Source: Protoeuglena noctilucae (Eukaryota). Taken from it: a stretch of 64,000 nt of DNA. Positions 61,093 to 64,000 of this stretch are shown here, piece after piece (the first letter of the stretch is position 1; each line of letters opens with the position of its first letter). The position numbers and the translations under genes were made by a program. Below the pieces are notes generated by a model. The model was not told the DNA's origin. It saw only the letters and a program-made list of their open reading frames with translations, and ran no database searches. The stretch spans positions 248,001 to 312,000 of the forward strand of contig OY253677.1 in the NCBI GenBank assembly GCA_958009085.1. Reading direction: 5' to 3'.

Positions 61093-64000
61093 TTAGCGCC
61101 TGCGGGCTCCCAGCTCGCAGAGGTGGTGGACGCCCGTTGCGAAGCTGGAGGAGAGGGCACTGTAGTCGGCGGCGAGGCTCTGGATGGTGGACTGGCACCC
61201 GGACACGCCCGCCAGCTGCGTGGCGAACCCAGCGTAGGAGCCGAGGGCGGGAGCCAGCGTGGCCGGCTCGGGGCTGGCGGCAACGGCCAGGAGGTTCTGG
61301 GCGCTCTGCCAGGCCCACCCCGTATAGAACGGACTGGCGCTGTTGAGGCTGCCGTACGAGTTGGCGGCGCAGAGGGCCACGGCCTGGTGCTGGGACAGGC
61401 CCATGTCGGAAGCCACCTGAATGGTCTTCTGCGGGGAGAGGGCGGGGAGGCAGACGACTCACAGGTTGCTGAGAGCAAGGTGCAGGCGTAATGGGGCAGG
61501 ATGATGCTGCTGAGCGTGCGCATGCCCCACGCTGCGCACCCCGGCGTCGGCGAAGTAGTTGGCCTCGCTCATGCACGAGGGGAGAGTGTTAGCGGACGTC
61601 GCATCGATGCGCCCCAGCTGCACGTCCACGGCCGGCCCGCCCATCCACTGCGTTGCAAGCACGAGAGGGGCGTCTGCACCGGCCCGCTGCCGGCCATCAC
61701 GCGTTGCCGGAGCATGCCCTCCCCAGCGCGTCCAGGAGTACCAAGCCCTCCACCGCGCAGGCACTCACCCTGACGGCCTCCGTGGCAGCGACGGCGACCA
61801 GGTCGGCCAGGCTGGCCTGCACCGACTGCTGCGTCAGCTGCTTCTGCATGACCTGCAGGGTCTGGACGGCCTGCGTGATCTGGGGCTGGTTGATGGTCGT
61901 CAGCTCATACTGCACCGACCCATCGCAGCCGCCGCCCTGGCCGGCGGCGTGCCCCGAGGCGTCCGCGACCAGCGTCTGCAGGAAGGCCTGGGCCAGCGAG
62001 GGGCACGTGACGAGGGCGTTTTGCACCAGGAGCTTCATCTTGTCCAGCTCCGCTGTCGGGGCAGCAGCCCCGCAGTCCGAGCAGTCGGTGCCCAGGGCGC
62101 ACGCCTTGCCCTCGTCGCACACACCGTCGTGGTTGTGGCCAGGGCAGCTGCGCGACACAGACGCGGGCCGCGCTTGCATCGGCATCGTCGATGTGTGCAA
62201 GCGGGCTCAGAGGGGCCAGTGCGGATGTGATGAGCATGCTGCCAGCCCACCTGTCGGTGCAGAGCGCATCCATGACCAGCGTAGGAAGGGCACACGTCGA
62301 CCCCGAGGGCTTGCTCACGAGCGCCTGCGTGATCTGGCCACGGTAGTCCTGCGGGAGGCCGCTGAGGAGTACCTAGTGACACCAATACAGCTGGGCAGTC
62401 CGAGGCTGTACAGCATTTCATGCGAACCTGGGGCAGCGCACATGCTCTGTGATACCAACGGATGCCAAGCAACGCGCTGGAGCTGATGATAAAGCAACAC
62501 TCGCCTTGAGCTTCCCGTAGACCTGCGCGACCATCGGCGCGGGCACCGGGGTGCTGAGCACGAAGGGGTTGCAGGAAGCGCACACGGTCGTGGGCTCGGG
62601 CTTGGCAACGGCCAGGGGGAGCACAGCCGTCTGCGTCTTGACCTCAAGCGGGAAGGGCACCTCCACCGGCTGCGGGAACAGAGCCGAAAGCTCAGGTATG
62701 CTGCTAAACTGGGGCAGCAAATGGGCGACAGCCGTGGCTCCATCCAATCGCTGGCGCTGCGGCGTCCCCAGCCTGCTTGCCTCCACGGCCTGGACGTTAG
62801 CCTTGCAGACGCCGATGTCCCCCGCGGCGACGTTAAGGGTGGCGGCCTGGGACTTGCCGGCGCAGTTGACGGCCGCCACGGAGAAGGTGATGTCCTTGCA
62901 CTGGGTGACATCCGTGAGGTTGAGGCACTGGGCGCTGAAGTTGGTCGGGGTGATGACGCTCGACTTGCCGTCCATGGTCATTTGCACGACGTACGAGATG
63001 GGGCAGCCGCCGTCGCTGGAGGGCTTGTCCCAGCAGAGCTTGACGGCCCCTTGCGCAGCGTTGACCAGGCCGAGGTACTCAATCGCGCTCGGCGGGACCT
63101 GCTTGGGCGCAGGCGGGCTGGTTGGCGCCGGCGTCGCCGCCGTCGTGGCCGCCGGGGTCTTGGCCGGGATCGGCGCCGGAGCGGCCGCCTGCGTCGCCGC
63201 AGGCGTCTTGGCTGGGGTCGCCGCAGGGGTGGGATCATGCGTCGTGGAGGGGCACGGCGTTGAGCTGAAAGAGGAACCGCAGAAGTACTCGACGCTGGCC
63301 TGCGTGGATAGCATACACATGGCAGTATCAGCATGCAGTCGGTTAACATGGTCCACGGATGCTGCGACGCAGCTTGGTGACGCGCACCGCGGCGGTGGTC
63401 GGGAGGGCAGCAAGAGAGACCGTGACGGACGGCGCGACGCTCATGCGGCAGACGTTGCAGGGCGCCTCGGCCGTCAGGGCGGCCACCACTGGCACCGTGT
63501 GCTGGGCGCTGCAGTTGAACGAGTAGGTGACGGTGCCGGCAACCGCCGCGGACGTCGGGGAGACGACCGTCGTGGTGCAGCCGTCCGCCGAGCACGAGCT
63601 TGACTCGGGGCTGGCAAGCAGCACTGCGGCCGCAGCAACGAGAGGGGCGACGGTCCACATTGGGATGCACGCGGCATGGCAAGCGCGCCATAGACGGTGA
63701 CCTGTCATGCGGCTCACATAAGACCCTATGCCGACCCGCTCACCTCCCTGACTCTTGAGGACGTTGACGAGGCTGGACATGAAGTTGTAGCTGGTCCCAA
63801 GGACGCCTGCGCTGGCGCCCGTGGCCTGCGGATGCGGGCAGCAGGGCTGGTATCCATCCAGACAGAAGCATCTAAGTGAGAGGCTCTGGACGACGGAACG
63901 CAGCAAAAGTCACCGAACCGGCAGCAACCGTCTGGCTCGCAGAGGAGCCAAGCACGCCGCCTGAAAGGGCGGCTGCACCGATGGCGGCTTGGGATGGCGC
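61093..64000 (-). CDS. Modular extracellular-type protein: Cys/Thr-rich region, PA/T linker, fibronectin type III domain, Cys-rich motif and degenerate heme-peroxidase domain; 5' end unresolved or outside window
   Basis: FN3-like LCWDKPSSDGGCPISYVV...FSVAAVNCAGKS, then CDEGKACALGTDCSDCG. Peroxidase-like motifs are GGCDGSVQYE, SLADLVAVAATEAV, GGPAVDVQLGRIDA and MGLSQHQAVAL. Confidence 0.7.

Noticed and set aside
1..64000. Introner-type family of near-identical introns, CRISPR arrays, tRNA/rRNA genes, transposases or alternative genetic code
   Set aside because: The introns I compared by eye shared no extended similarity. No repeat-spacer array, RNA-gene structure or transposase motif was seen, and TAA, TAG and TGA all act as ordinary stops.

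Overview
This is eukaryotic, gene-dense, very GC-rich (roughly 65-70% by eye) nuclear DNA, most likely from a unicellular green alga: it has plastid transit peptides, plant-type ATX/NCS1/GT77 families and many short spliceosomal introns of about 85-120 bp. About 17 intron-containing genes can be reconstructed by hand: an ABCA transporter (5' partial), FKBP, a two-domain retropepsin-like protease, an F-box/ARM protein, peroxisomal MDH, an NCS1 permease, HemW/RSAD1, a PyrP2-like HAD phosphatase, a large uncharacterised membrane protein, an acylated NACHT NTPase, two tandem GT77-like glycosyltransferases, a giant surface protein, an ATX3/4/5-like histone methyltransferase, plastid DnaJ, a YtcJ/LAF3 amidohydrolase, and a 5'-unresolved FN3 + pseudo-peroxidase protein. 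The main highlights are: (1) a ~3,544-aa secreted, probably GPI-anchored repeat protein encoded almost entirely by one 10.3-kb exon, with a Cys-free, circularly permuted, prokaryote-like module array nested inside one of its repeats; (2) at least 16 GC-AG introns; (3) intron gain or loss between adjacent paralogues; (4) a heme-peroxidase-fold domain lacking its catalytic residues; (5) an NLR-like NTPase with no sensor domain. No tRNA, rRNA, CRISPR array or transposase was recognised. All family assignments come from motif recognition, not database searches.
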